From a virus: DNA of 64,000 nt. Where the stretch lies: IMG/VR virus record IMGVR_UViG_3300045988_098116, positions 1-64,000 of that record; one strand, written 5' to 3'. The notes below the pieces were generated by a model. That model worked only from the letters and a program-made list of their open reading frames with translations, searched no databases and was not told the DNA's origin. A program made the position numbers and the translations under genes. Positions 16,098 to 24,510 of the stretch are shown here, piece by piece; the first letter of the stretch is position 1; every line of letters starts with the position of its first letter.

Positions 16098-16274
16098 ATG
16101 AACACCTACCAGCGCGGCAAGGACGCCGCCCGCGCCCAAGCCATCCAATGGCAAGCCGACTTTCCCGACCGTTCCAAACCGTTGGCGGCCATCGCTGCCG
16201 AACAGAGGCACCTTGAACAGCTGGCCCGCCGCTATGGTCTGGTCCGCGAGTTCCGAGAAAACGCCATCATCTGA
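16098..16274 (+). CDS. small hypothetical protein (58 aa, MNTYQRGKDAARAQ...)
   Basis: Hand-translated. CAGGAGGT RBS. Confidence 0.5.
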   Translation: MNTYQRGKDAARAQAIQWQADFPDRSKPLAAIAAEQRHLEQLARRYGLVREFRENAII

Positions 16275-16295
16275 ACAACGAAAGGAGAAATCACC

Positions 16296-17126
16296 ATGCC
16301 CACCATCAAGTATCCCATCCCGGAGGCGGCCGCCGCCCGCACCTACTGCGACGCCATCGCCGCCAATGCCGCCGTTTTGAAAGACGTTATCACCGGCGAC
16401 CCCACCGGCGACACCGCTACCAACGCCATTTCCGCCATCCGCCACAGCCTGGACGAGCTGGAAGCCTACGCCGAACAGCGCCGCCAGGAAAACAGCGAAC
16501 AGCGCGACGATACCCCCTATAAGCACGTTTATTTCCGCCTGAACTCCGGTTATGTATGGGGCAAGGGAATGGACCAGGACAAGACCGAGAATTTCTATAG
16601 TGACATTCTGGGCCTGTTCGCCGCCGAGGGATGGACCATCAAAGAACCGTACCGGAACGGCAGCGGTGCCACCGTCGCCAACGGAAACAGCTCCCTTTAT
16701 ATCCACCCGCAGGCGGTCAGCGGCTACGTCACCGAGGAATTGATCCCCGCCGTTTCCGCCGCGCTGGAACACGGCTGCACCTTCCAGCACTACGCCACCG
16801 ACATCTACGAGACCGCCTACAACTGGACGGCGCAGCAGTACCGGGACTATCTGAACAGCAAGCGCGGCGACATAAACGCCGCCCTGCTGGAGGCGTTCAA
16901 AACGCCCCGGCGCAACCTCTATAAATTTGACTACAACGCCCTGCCCGTGGTCATCAGCAAATTCCACGTCCAGCGCCTGGACGGCCAGAACGGCCATTGC
17001 ACCGGCGACATCACCGAGCAGGTGATCCGCGAAATGTTCACCGCTCTTGTGAACACCGGCAAGATCGACCGGGGCGAGACCAAGAACGGCGCCGCCTACC
17101 GCACCGCGCCCCGGCGGCGCACCTGA
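16296..17126 (+). CDS. hypothetical protein
   Basis: 276-aa ORF. GAAAGGAGA RBS. Confidence 0.7.
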   Translation: MPTIKYPIPEAAAARTYCDAIAANAAVLKDVITGDPTGDTATNAISAIRHSLDELEAYAEQRRQENSEQRDDTPYKHVYFRLNSGYVWGKGMDQDKTENFYSDILGLFAAEGWTIKEPYRNGSGATVANGNSSLYIHPQAVSGYVTEELIPAVSAALEHGCTFQHYATDIYETAYNWTAQQYRDYLNSKRGDINAALLEAFKTPRRNLYKFDYNALPVVISKFHVQRLDGQNGHCTGDITEQVIREMFTALVNTGKIDRGETKNGAAYRTAPRRRT

Positions 17127-17143
17127 CGAAGAAAGGAGCCCCC

Positions 17144-17365
17144 ATGCCCACACGAATCAAGACCCGCACCGCGGCCACGGAGCAGGAGCGCCAGCAGCTC
17201 CTCTCCGCCGCTGCCGCCCTCCGCACCGCCGCGCCGTACCTCAACGCCGAGCAGCGACAGCGCGTCTGTCAGGCAGCGAACAACTGTATTGAACAGCACC
17301 GCCGCACCATCCACACCGCCGAGCTGGCCGCGCTCATCGCCCAGCGCGACGCCCTCACCGCCTGA
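17144..17365 (+). CDS. small hypothetical protein (73 aa)
   Basis: GAAAGGAG RBS. In frame with track ORF 16997-17365. Confidence 0.5.
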   Translation: MPTRIKTRTAATEQERQQLLSAAAALRTAAPYLNAEQRQRVCQAANNCIEQHRRTIHTAELAALIAQRDALTA

Positions 17366-17401
17366 ACACCAAACCAAAAATCTACAAGGAGGCCACCGCC
17401 C

Positions 17402-19300
17402 ATGTTTACCTACGCCACCAAGAAAAACCATTATGGAGATGAACACATCGCCGTTTCCGCCCACGGCGCCGAGATCGCCACCATCAAGGCCAGATCTTAC
17501 TACGGCAACACGGAATATATTGTCAGCGCCACCACCGGAGGCGACGACCGCGGCGACTACCTGGGCCGCGCCTCCACCATCGCGGGAGCGAAAAAGAAGA
17601 TCCGCGACTGGTACAGTGAACACAGCGCCGCCGTGACCACCGCCGCAGCGAACAGCCGCGCCGCCGATCTCCGCCGCCTGCCGTCCTTCGACAACAGCGG
17701 CTTTTACCCCACGCCCTCCAAACTGGCTGGGAAAATGCTCTCCTGCGTGGACTGGGCAAATGTCTTTTCCATCCTCGAGCCCTCCGCCGGTAAAGGCGAC
17801 CTTGCCGATGCCGTTACCGCTTTCGTCCGCAGCTACAGGAACAGCCGCCGTATCTCCTTCAACGAGAACAACACCTACATAGACTGCATCGAGCGCGACA
17901 GCGACCTTGCCGCCCTCCTGCGCGGCAAGGGGCTGCACGTGGTCCACGACGATTTTCTCACCTTCCGCAGCTTCAAGCAGTACGACCTCTGCATCATGAA
18001 TCCGCCTTTCGACAGCGGCGACGAACACCTTTTGCACGCCCTCTCCCTCATGGAGCGCGGCGGCCAGATCGTCTGCCTGCTGAACGCTGAGACCATACGC
18101 AACCCCTACACTAACCGCCGCAAAATTCTTTTGCAACAGCTGCACGAACACAACGCCCGCATTGAGTTCATTGAAAACGCCTTCCGTCATGCCCAGCGCC
18201 CCACCGACGTGGAGATCGCGCTGGTCTATGTGAACATACCGAAAAAAGAAATCCCCAGCGACATTCTTTCCTCCCTCCGCCGCGCCCACGAAAAGAGCAC
18301 CCCAAGCAGCGAACAAGCCACCGACCTTGCCTCCGCCGACTGGCTGCAGAACATGATCGATGGCTATAACTTCGAGGCCGCCCTGGGCGAAAAGCTTATC
18401 AACGAGTTCGCCGCCCTCCGCCCCTACATGGACCCCGGCAGAGATCACGGAGAACCCCTCCTGTCCCTCAAGGTGGGCAACAGGAACACCGGCAACAACG
18501 CCACCATGCTGAACGCCTACCTTTTCGGTCTCCGCGCCAAGTATTGGAGCAATCTCCTGCGCCGTCCGGAGCTCACCGACAAAATGACCTCTGTCATGCA
18601 GCAGGACTATTACGGCAAGGTCAATTCTCTTTCCGAGTACGATTTCTCCCGGTACAACATCGAAACCGTCATGCGGGAGATTGCCCACCAGCTCTCCCGC
18701 GGCGTCGAGGATTCCATCCTTGATCTGTTTGACACCTTCTCCGCCAAGCACTCCTGGTACCCGGAGTGCGCCAACAACATCCATTACTATAACGGCTGGG
18801 CGACGAACAAGGCCCACAAGGTGGGTATGAAAGTCATCATCCCCTCCAACGGCTGCTGCGCCAGCTGGGGCCGTGAAAAGCTGGACAGCTACCGGGTGAA
18901 CAGCCTAATCTCCGATCTGGAACGCGCTATGAACTATCTGGACCGCGGCGAAACTACTTTCCACACACCCATAGATCGCGCCGTCCGCATCGCCAACATG
19001 AACGAAATGAACAAGGCGGATTTCACCTATTTCACCTGCACCTTCTACAAAAAGGGCACCTGCCACATCAAGTTTAAGCCGGAGGCGTCCCGCATCATCG
19101 ACCGTTTGAACATCTTTGCCGGTCAGAAAAAGAACTGGCTGCCGCCCACCTACGGCAAAAAGCACTACGCCGACATGACCGCCGAAGAACAGGCCGTCAT
19201 TGACGACTTCCAGGGTGCGGACAGCTACGAAAAGACTATCGCCGACCCGTCCATGCTCATCACCTCCGGCAGCGCCCTCATGGCGCTGCCCGGAATGTGA
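17402..19300 (+). CDS. N6-adenine DNA methyltransferase (NPPF class) with large C-terminal DUF4942-like domain
   Basis: ILEPSAGKGDL (motif I) and DLCIMNPPF (motif IV). CAAGGAGG RBS. Confidence 0.85.
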   Translation: MFTYATKKNHYGDEHIAVSAHGAEIATIKARSYYGNTEYIVSATTGGDDRGDYLGRASTIAGAKKKIRDWYSEHSAAVTTAAANSRAADLRRLPSFDNSGFYPTPSKLAGKMLSCVDWANVFSILEPSAGKGDLADAVTAFVRSYRNSRRISFNENNTYIDCIERDSDLAALLRGKGLHVVHDDFLTFRSFKQYDLCIMNPPFDSGDEHLLHALSLMERGGQIVCLLNAETIRNPYTNRRKILLQQLHEHNARIEFIENAFRHAQRPTDVEIALVYVNIPKKEIPSDILSSLRRAHEKSTPSSEQATDLASADWLQNMIDGYNFEAALGEKLINEFAALRPYMDPGRDHGEPLLSLKVGNRNTGNNATMLNAYLFGLRAKYWSNLLRRPELTDKMTSVMQQDYYGKVNSLSEYDFSRYNIETVMREIAHQLSRGVEDSILDLFDTFSAKHSWYPECANNIHYYNGWATNKAHKVGMKVIIPSNGCCASWGREKLDSYRVNSLISDLERAMNYLDRGETTFHTPIDRAVRIANMNEMNKADFTYFTCTFYKKGTCHIKFKPEASRIIDRLNIFAGQKKNWLPPTYGKKHYADMTAEEQAVIDDFQGADSYEKTIADPSMLITSGSALMALPGM

Positions 19301-19330
19301 GCGAACACCACACGAAAGGAGCACCACACC

Positions 19331-20077
19331 ATGACCCCCGAAAAGCTTTTGGAAAACCTCTACGCCATCGCCTATTCCCTCCCGAAACAGGAACGCCGCT
19401 TTTTCTGCGCCCTGGAACCCTCCATCGACCCGAACACCCACGGGAAGATCAACGCCGGCTACCAGCTGGCGCTCCTGGTCCGCGCCATCCACACCGACAT
19501 GGCCAAGCAATACAAGCGGGACGACAAGCGCCGCACCAGTGCTATCGCCTTGCGGCGCCTGTACAACGCCTCCGTTTCTAAGAAGGAATGGGTCCGTCCC
19601 CATTTCGCCGGCGCGTTTCTGGACGAACAGGGCCGCCAGTACATCACGGACGGCTTCACCCTCCTGCGCCTGAACACGCCCTCCACCGCGCTGCAATGGG
19701 CGCCGCCGCCTAACGACCCTCACGTCTACGACACCATACCGGAGCTGCTGAACAGCGACGGCGCCACCATCACCCTCAACCTACCAACTGCCGCCGAGGT
19801 ACGCGCCAAGATCGCCAGCGACCGGGCAAAATACAAGGCCGAGTCCCACCCCGCAGGGGACACGCTCTCCACCTGCTTCAGCTGGGGCGACGGTCTGCCA
19901 ATGGTCAACGCCCTTTATCTCTTGGACATTCTGGAGGCGCTTCCCGGCTGCACCGCCGCTTGCCGCCCCGGTGAGCTGTCCATCGTCTATTTCCACAGCC
20001 CGGACGGCGACGCACTCATCATGCCCATCCGCAGGCACATCGCCAACAGCACCGACGAACAGGAGGAACGGGAATGA
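19331..20077 (+). CDS. hypothetical protein with DnaN (beta sliding clamp) C-terminal-domain-like segment
   Basis: VNALYLLDILEAL...ALIMPIRR resembles the clamp domain III motif (FN.SYLLDVLNAL...VVMPMRL). GAAAGGAG RBS. Confidence 0.6.
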   Translation: MTPEKLLENLYAIAYSLPKQERRFFCALEPSIDPNTHGKINAGYQLALLVRAIHTDMAKQYKRDDKRRTSAIALRRLYNASVSKKEWVRPHFAGAFLDEQGRQYITDGFTLLRLNTPSTALQWAPPPNDPHVYDTIPELLNSDGATITLNLPTAAEVRAKIASDRAKYKAESHPAGDTLSTCFSWGDGLPMVNALYLLDILEALPGCTAACRPGELSIVYFHSPDGDALIMPIRRHIANSTDEQEERE

Positions 20078-20265
20078 AAAACAAATTCTGCCCCTACAAA
20101 AAGACCTGCCGCGACATCTGCTACGGCGAGACTCCTTGTGCATTTGCACAAGCCTTTGACGGCCTCGCCCGCAAGATCGACCGCAAGACCGTCTGCATAG
20201 ATTCCCTACGCGCTGAAAACGCCGCACTGAAAGCACGGCTGGAACAGGAGGAACACAACGTATGA
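20074..20265 (+). CDS. small hypothetical protein
   Basis: 63-aa ORF, ATGA-coupled. Confidence 0.55.
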   Translation: MKNKFCPYKKTCRDICYGETPCAFAQAFDGLARKIDRKTVCIDSLRAENAALKARLEQEEHNV

Positions 20266-20573
20266 GCCACATCTGCAAAATGACCGGCATGGAGGCCGTG
20301 CTGCCCTGCGCCGCCCCTCAGTGCCCCGCCTACGGCGATTGTGCATCTGCCTATGCCAAATCCCAGCAGGGCTTCCATCTGGAACGGCACCCCAAAACAA
20401 ACCTTGAACACTTCCGCGAGATGACCGCCGAGCAGTTGGCGGAGTGGATCATGTGTCCCTACTCCGCCGACCCCGACCTCTGCCTCGACGAGGATTGCGT
20501 CAAATGCTGCACCGACTTCCTTAACGCCCCCTATGACGGCTTTGACCTCGACCCCGGCGAACAGGACCCGTAA
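20262..20573 (+). CDS. Cys-rich hypothetical protein
   Basis: 103-aa ORF, overlap-coupled. Confidence 0.55.
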   Translation: MSHICKMTGMEAVLPCAAPQCPAYGDCASAYAKSQQGFHLERHPKTNLEHFREMTAEQLAEWIMCPYSADPDLCLDEDCVKCCTDFLNAPYDGFDLDPGEQDP

Positions 20574-20580
20574 CATACGA

Positions 20581-20609
20581 ACAGGAGCGCCAAAAACGCT
20601 CCTGTTTCG
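20581..20609 (+). terminator. Hairpin terminator
   Basis: ACAGGAGCG-CCAAAAA-CGCTCCTGT followed by TTCGT. Confidence 0.5.
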
Positions 20610-20694
20610 TCGCAATCCCCACAGAACGCCCTTGCTATTGCCGCTTGAATGTGCTATTCTGACGACAAGAACAGCAAGGAGGCCAATACCGCCC

Positions 20695-21144
20695 ATGACA
20701 CGAGAGGAATTTATTTTTGCCGCCCACAGCATCCTGCCCTACAGTTTCGAGGACACCAACATCGCCCTGGACCGTGCCTTTGCCGCATCACCGGAGAAGC
20801 AGGCATACACGCCCCACGACGTACAGGCGCTGGACCTCGCCCTCCGCCTATCCGGGGCAGCGCCCGAGTTGTCCGGCATCGTCATGGACGAGCAGGACAT
20901 AGAGGCGCTTTCCGATCCGGAACAGCAAATGACCGCTGCGCAGTTCATCGACGAGGCGGAGCGCCAGGGCTTCCCCCGTCGCCTTGCGGAGCTGGTGACG
21001 CAGCACAGTGAACAGGAAACCTACGACATCGCCGACCTGGACGGACTTGGCATTCTCGATCTCGTCATCACCCCGGACCGCTACGACGACCCGGAGATCC
21101 ACAAAATCATGCAGGCCATTTTCTCCGTTTTCGACGGGGAATAA
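20695..21144 (+). CDS. acidic hypothetical protein
   Basis: Start at MTREEFIF with AAGGAGG upstream. The track N-terminal extension crosses the terminator. Confidence 0.6.
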   Translation: MTREEFIFAAHSILPYSFEDTNIALDRAFAASPEKQAYTPHDVQALDLALRLSGAAPELSGIVMDEQDIEALSDPEQQMTAAQFIDEAERQGFPRRLAELVTQHSEQETYDIADLDGLGILDLVITPDRYDDPEIHKIMQAIFSVFDGE

Positions 21145-21175
21145 TGATACATAAAATCGAAAGGGGAACAAAACT

Positions 21176-21664
21176 ATGACTACAAACTACACCTGCCCGG
21201 AGTGCGGCGCCACCGTTACCCAGGAACAGCTCAGCATCAAGGGGATGTGCCCGGAGTGCGGCTGTCCCTCATCTGCCATCTACGCCGCCCAGCAAAAAAA
21301 GGACGCGCAGGAACGCCGCGAAAACGCCGCCAAGGAAGAAGCCGCAGCCGCCGCGCTGCCCAGGACCTCCGACATTCGCTACAAAACCGGAGCCGCCCAT
21401 ATGCTGGAGGTGTTCGCGTACATCGTCTGGGTATGCGGCGGTATCAACGTTATCGCCATCGCCATCTCGGCCAGCCAGCTTCGTTATTCCTACTATTCCT
21501 CCGGCGCAACAGGCACCACGCTGTTTTTCCTGGCGGTTGCCGCCGCGGTATCCGCCCTGGTTTTCGGCGGCCTGCTCTACGGCGCATCCAAACTGCTCAT
21601 TGACGTTCACGCCGCCCGCGTAAACCTGGAACAGCTCAACAAAAAGAAGGAGGCGCAGCAGTAA
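21176..21664 (+). CDS. zinc-ribbon membrane protein
   Basis: CPECG...CPECGC at the N-terminus, then two or three hydrophobic helices. Confidence 0.65.
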   Translation: MTTNYTCPECGATVTQEQLSIKGMCPECGCPSSAIYAAQQKKDAQERRENAAKEEAAAAALPRTSDIRYKTGAAHMLEVFAYIVWVCGGINVIAIAISASQLRYSYYSSGATGTTLFFLAVAAAVSALVFGGLLYGASKLLIDVHAARVNLEQLNKKKEAQQ

Positions 21665-22125
21665 TGGCCCTAAAGACCTGTCCCCACTGCGGCCACAGCG
21701 TAAGTGACCAGGCCATAAAGTGCCCCTCTTGCGGCAAGGACCCCCGTTATACAGACTTCCAGCTGGAACAGCAGGAACAGCAGCGCAAGAAAAAGCGCAG
21801 AACCGTCGGCATCATCGTCGCCATCCTCGTAGTGATTATCGCTACCGTCTGCGCTATCTTTCTCCCGAACAGGATTCGCTATCAAAAAGGAATTGCTTGC
21901 CGCGAAGCTAAGGACTACGAAACTGCAGTTGATATTTTTAATTCTCTTGGCAGTTACAGAGATTCCGACCAAATGGCACTATTATCCATGATGGATTACA
22001 TTTTTGCCCACCCCACCAGTAATGATCCCATATCAGTAAAGTACGCCGAGCGGTTAATGGAGGCCGGGTATGCTACATCTCTCCCATCAGACAATCCCAG
22101 GGGCACGATTACCCATTCTTCTTAG
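21664..22125 (+). CDS. zinc-ribbon membrane protein
   Basis: CPHCG...CPSCG followed by TM helix VGIIVAILVVIIATVCAIFL. Confidence 0.65.
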   Translation: MALKTCPHCGHSVSDQAIKCPSCGKDPRYTDFQLEQQEQQRKKKRRTVGIIVAILVVIIATVCAIFLPNRIRYQKGIACREAKDYETAVDIFNSLGSYRDSDQMALLSMMDYIFAHPTSNDPISVKYAERLMEAGYATSLPSDNPRGTITHSS

Positions 22126-22136
22126 TACAAAAGCAA

Positions 22137-22172
22137 AACCCCGCACGGCATCAGCCGTGCGGGGTTCTTTTG
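22137..22172 (+). terminator. Rho-independent terminator
   Basis: AACCCCGCACGGC-ATCA-GCCGTGCGGGGTT followed by CTTTTG. Confidence 0.75.
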
Positions 22173-22187
22173 CCCATAAAATTGTTC

Positions 22188-22216
22188 TTGACATTTTGCG
22201 TTCCATAAACTATAAT
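22188..22216 (+). promoter_or_regulatory. Consensus sigma-A promoter
   Basis: TTGACA-N17-TATAAT, exact consensus hexamers. Confidence 0.75.
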
Positions 22217-22249
22217 CTAATTATCGGAACGCAGAAAGTGAGGTGTAAC

Positions 22250-22423
22250 ATGAGTCCGAAAACCGGGCGCCCGAAGTCTAAGCACCCAAAGAATGTTGAC
22301 GTTAAAGTTCGTTTCGACGAGCTTACGCACGAAAAGTTACTGGCGTATTGTGAAGAACACAACATAACCAGAACCGAAGCATTACGGCAAGGTGTGCAGT
22401 TACTTCTGACGCAAAAAAAATAA
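22250..22423 (+). CDS. ribbon-helix-helix (CopG/Arc-like) DNA-binding protein
   Basis: VDVKVRFDELTHEKLLAYCEEHNITRTEALRQGVQLLL. GTGAGGTG RBS. Confidence 0.6.
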   Translation: MSPKTGRPKSKHPKNVDVKVRFDELTHEKLLAYCEEHNITRTEALRQGVQLLLTQKK

Positions 22424-22514
22424 ATGTCTCGCCTCCACCCTTCCACAAGCGAAGCGAAACACTTATCCGCCAGCACCGCACGGGCGCCGTCTAAATCTTA
22501 TTATAGACGCCGCC

Positions 22515-22550
22515 CCTGCGAAAGTCAACAGCTTTCTGCAGGGGATTTTT
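22515..22550 (+). terminator. Hairpin plus T-tract terminator
   Basis: CCTGCGAAAG-TCAACAG-CTTTCTGCAGG followed by GGATTTTT. Confidence 0.55.
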
Positions 22551-22580
22551 GCGCTCATTTTTGGAAATCCACCCTCGGAA

Positions 22581-22603
22581 TCCCTTGACACGGCGTATAG
22601 TAT
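22581..22603 (+). promoter_or_regulatory. TCCCTTGACACGG box followed by TAGTAT
   Basis: Exact 13-mer, about 40 nt upstream of the antirepressor start. Confidence 0.55.
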
Positions 22604-22642
22604 GCTGACTACCAAAGATAAACCGAAAGGAGATTTTCACAG

Positions 22643-23455
22643 ATGAACGACCTCGTGACCATCGGCAACACCCAGTTCACTGCCAAGACGCTGGACGGCA
22701 AGCCTGTTCTCACCTTCCATGACATCGACGCCATCCACCACCGTCCCGAAGGAAGCGCCAGAAAGCGCTTCAACGACAACCGTCAGAGGTTTGTAGAGGG
22801 CGAGGACTACATGAAAATTTGCGCGTCCGAATTTCGGACGCACTTCGATGGACTTTCCAGCAAGGCCACCGAGGACGTATACCTTCTTACCGAGTCCGGC
22901 TACCTGATGATCGTCAAGTCCTTCACCGACGATTGGGCCTGGGAGGTACAGCGTCGCTTGGTCAAGACCTATTTCCGCGCCAAGGAGCTGGCTGCCGAAA
23001 AGCCCAAGCCTATGTCTACCAATGATTTGTTTGAGCTGCAGGTAAAAATCAACCGCGAGTACGAGAACAAGATCAATGCGCTGGAGGAACGCGCCGAAAG
23101 CGCCGACCGCAAAATCAGCACCATCACCGACGTGTTCGCTGCCCCTCCCACCGACGAGGAACGCTGGCGTGACGTGATGAACCGCAAGGTACGCACCATG
23201 TGCGAGGAGTACGGTCTGAACTACCACACCACCATCGGTGAGATGTACGCCGAGTTGGAGCGCCGTGCCCATGTTAATCTCTCCGTCCGGCAGAAGAACC
23301 TCCGTGAACGTATGCGTCTCGGCGGCGCGAAGTACGCCCAGCGGGAAGCCGTCAGCAAACTGGTGGTCATCTCCCAGGATGCAAAACTTCGTTACATCTA
23401 CGAGGCTATTGTCCGCGAGAAGGGCGCCCAACTTGCCGCCTCCCGTATGCACTGA
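22643..23455 (+). CDS. phage antirepressor-like protein (ORF6N / ORF6C domains)
   Basis: N-terminal ...RKRFNDNRQRFVEGEDYMKI...LLTESGYLMIVKSFTDDWAWEVQRRLVKTYF matches the ORF6N pattern. GAAAGGAGA RBS. Confidence 0.7.
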   Translation: MNDLVTIGNTQFTAKTLDGKPVLTFHDIDAIHHRPEGSARKRFNDNRQRFVEGEDYMKICASEFRTHFDGLSSKATEDVYLLTESGYLMIVKSFTDDWAWEVQRRLVKTYFRAKELAAEKPKPMSTNDLFELQVKINREYENKINALEERAESADRKISTITDVFAAPPTDEERWRDVMNRKVRTMCEEYGLNYHTTIGEMYAELERRAHVNLSVRQKNLRERMRLGGAKYAQREAVSKLVVISQDAKLRYIYEAIVREKGAQLAASRMH

Positions 23456-23516
23456 TTACACATTATATACCCACATTCACATCATACACCATTTATACAG
23501 CAGGAGGAAATTTATC

Positions 23517-23735
23517 ATGACAGTCCTTGAAGCGTGCGCCATGCTGGAGCTTGGCGACGGTATCAAACCCAATATTGAACTCACATTCGGCTCTTGCGGC
23601 GTTCCGTTCAACCCACAAAACGGCCTTGAGATGATGGCCTACGGCGATTTCCTCATCGAAACTTGCCACGTCTGGGAGGGCGGTGTCAACCTCGTCCTCA
23701 AGCAGCAGTTCTGCAAAAAGAACTGGAACGCATAA
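23517..23735 (+). CDS. small hypothetical protein (72 aa)
   Basis: CAGGAGGAAA RBS. In frame with track ORF 23238-23735. Confidence 0.55.
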   Translation: MTVLEACAMLELGDGIKPNIELTFGSCGVPFNPQNGLEMMAYGDFLIETCHVWEGGVNLVLKQQFCKKNWNA

Positions 23736-23747
23736 GGAGGGCACAGC

Positions 23748-23912
23748 ATGATCCCCTCCAACATCAATTTGGGCGATACCGTCACCCGCCGCATCGAGGC
23801 CACAGACCGCAAGGCCACCGGAACAGTCGTTTACATCCACCCGGAGGGCCGCTACTACACCGCCGAATTTGACCTCGGTCTCTACAAAATCCGCGAGTCC
23901 TTCAACACCTGA
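23748..23912 (+). CDS. small hypothetical protein (54 aa)
   Basis: Hand-translated. TAAGGAGGG RBS. Confidence 0.5.
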   Translation: MIPSNINLGDTVTRRIEATDRKATGTVVYIHPEGRYYTAEFDLGLYKIRESFNT

Positions 23913-23938
23913 AAATTCTTTCAAAAACTTTCAGAAGT

Positions 23939-23962
23939 TCCCTTGACACGGGGCGCATACTT
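23939..23962 (+). promoter_or_regulatory. TCCCTTGACACGG box followed by ATACTT, heading the tRNA/ncRNA locus
   Basis: Exact 13-mer. No ORF follows for about 1.5 kb. Confidence 0.55.
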
Positions 23963-24169
23963 AAAATTGCCGAAGGGGAGACCCCTTCCCCGACGGCTTC
24001 GGTGTACCCCCCGAATTATATAAGCCCTTCCGTAAGAAAGGCTGCACCGGTCTTACATCCATTCTTCCGGTGTTCCCAGCGCAATTCTGGCAGGAACGCG
24101 GTCACGGGGGCGCAAGCCCCTCTGTCGCACGTCAGCTCGCCCACCAGGACGTAAACAAGGTGGGGGTCC

Positions 24170-24245
24170 GGTGTCGTAGCTCAGCTGGCAGAGCAGCTCA
24201 TTCGTAATGAGCAGGTCGTGGGTCCGATCCCCACCGATACCTCCA
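24170..24245 (+). tRNA. tRNA-Thr(CGT): tRNA-Thr (anticodon CGT), CCA encoded
   Basis: Hand-folded cloverleaf: GGTGTCG/CGATACC acceptor, GCTC/GAGC D stem, GCTCA-TTCGTAA-TGAGC anticodon arm, GTGGG-TCCGATC-CCCAC T arm. The T loop is TCC rather than TTC. Confidence 0.8.
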
Positions 24246-24419
24246 ATTCTACGTGGACACCGCGAGTGACGAGCGTATAGCGGAACAGCCGTATGGGTGA
24301 TGCGAAGTCCTGAAGTAAGCCCCTCAAGCCTCGATGTTGTAATTGCGCCTGTGATCTGCTGGCAAAAGCGAGGCACGGAAAAGATCTGGCGGCTCGGAAA
24401 GACGAGCAACCCCCTCAAT

Positions 24420-24510
24420 GCAGATGTACCTCAGCCGTGGAAGAGGGTCTGATCGTAGCGTAAAGCGCGAGCTCGGAAAGTCGCAGGTTCGAATCCTGCC
24501 GTCTGCACCA
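24420..24510 (+). ncRNA. tRNA-like element (91 nt) lacking a normal anticodon loop
   Basis: Has the acceptor (GCAGATG/CGTCTGC plus ACCA), U8, a D arm (CCTC..GG..GAGG) and a T arm (GCAGG-TTCGAAT-CCTGC). The anticodon-stem position (TCTGA/TCGGA) encloses 20 nt that fold into GCGT-AAA-GCGC. Confidence 0.55.
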
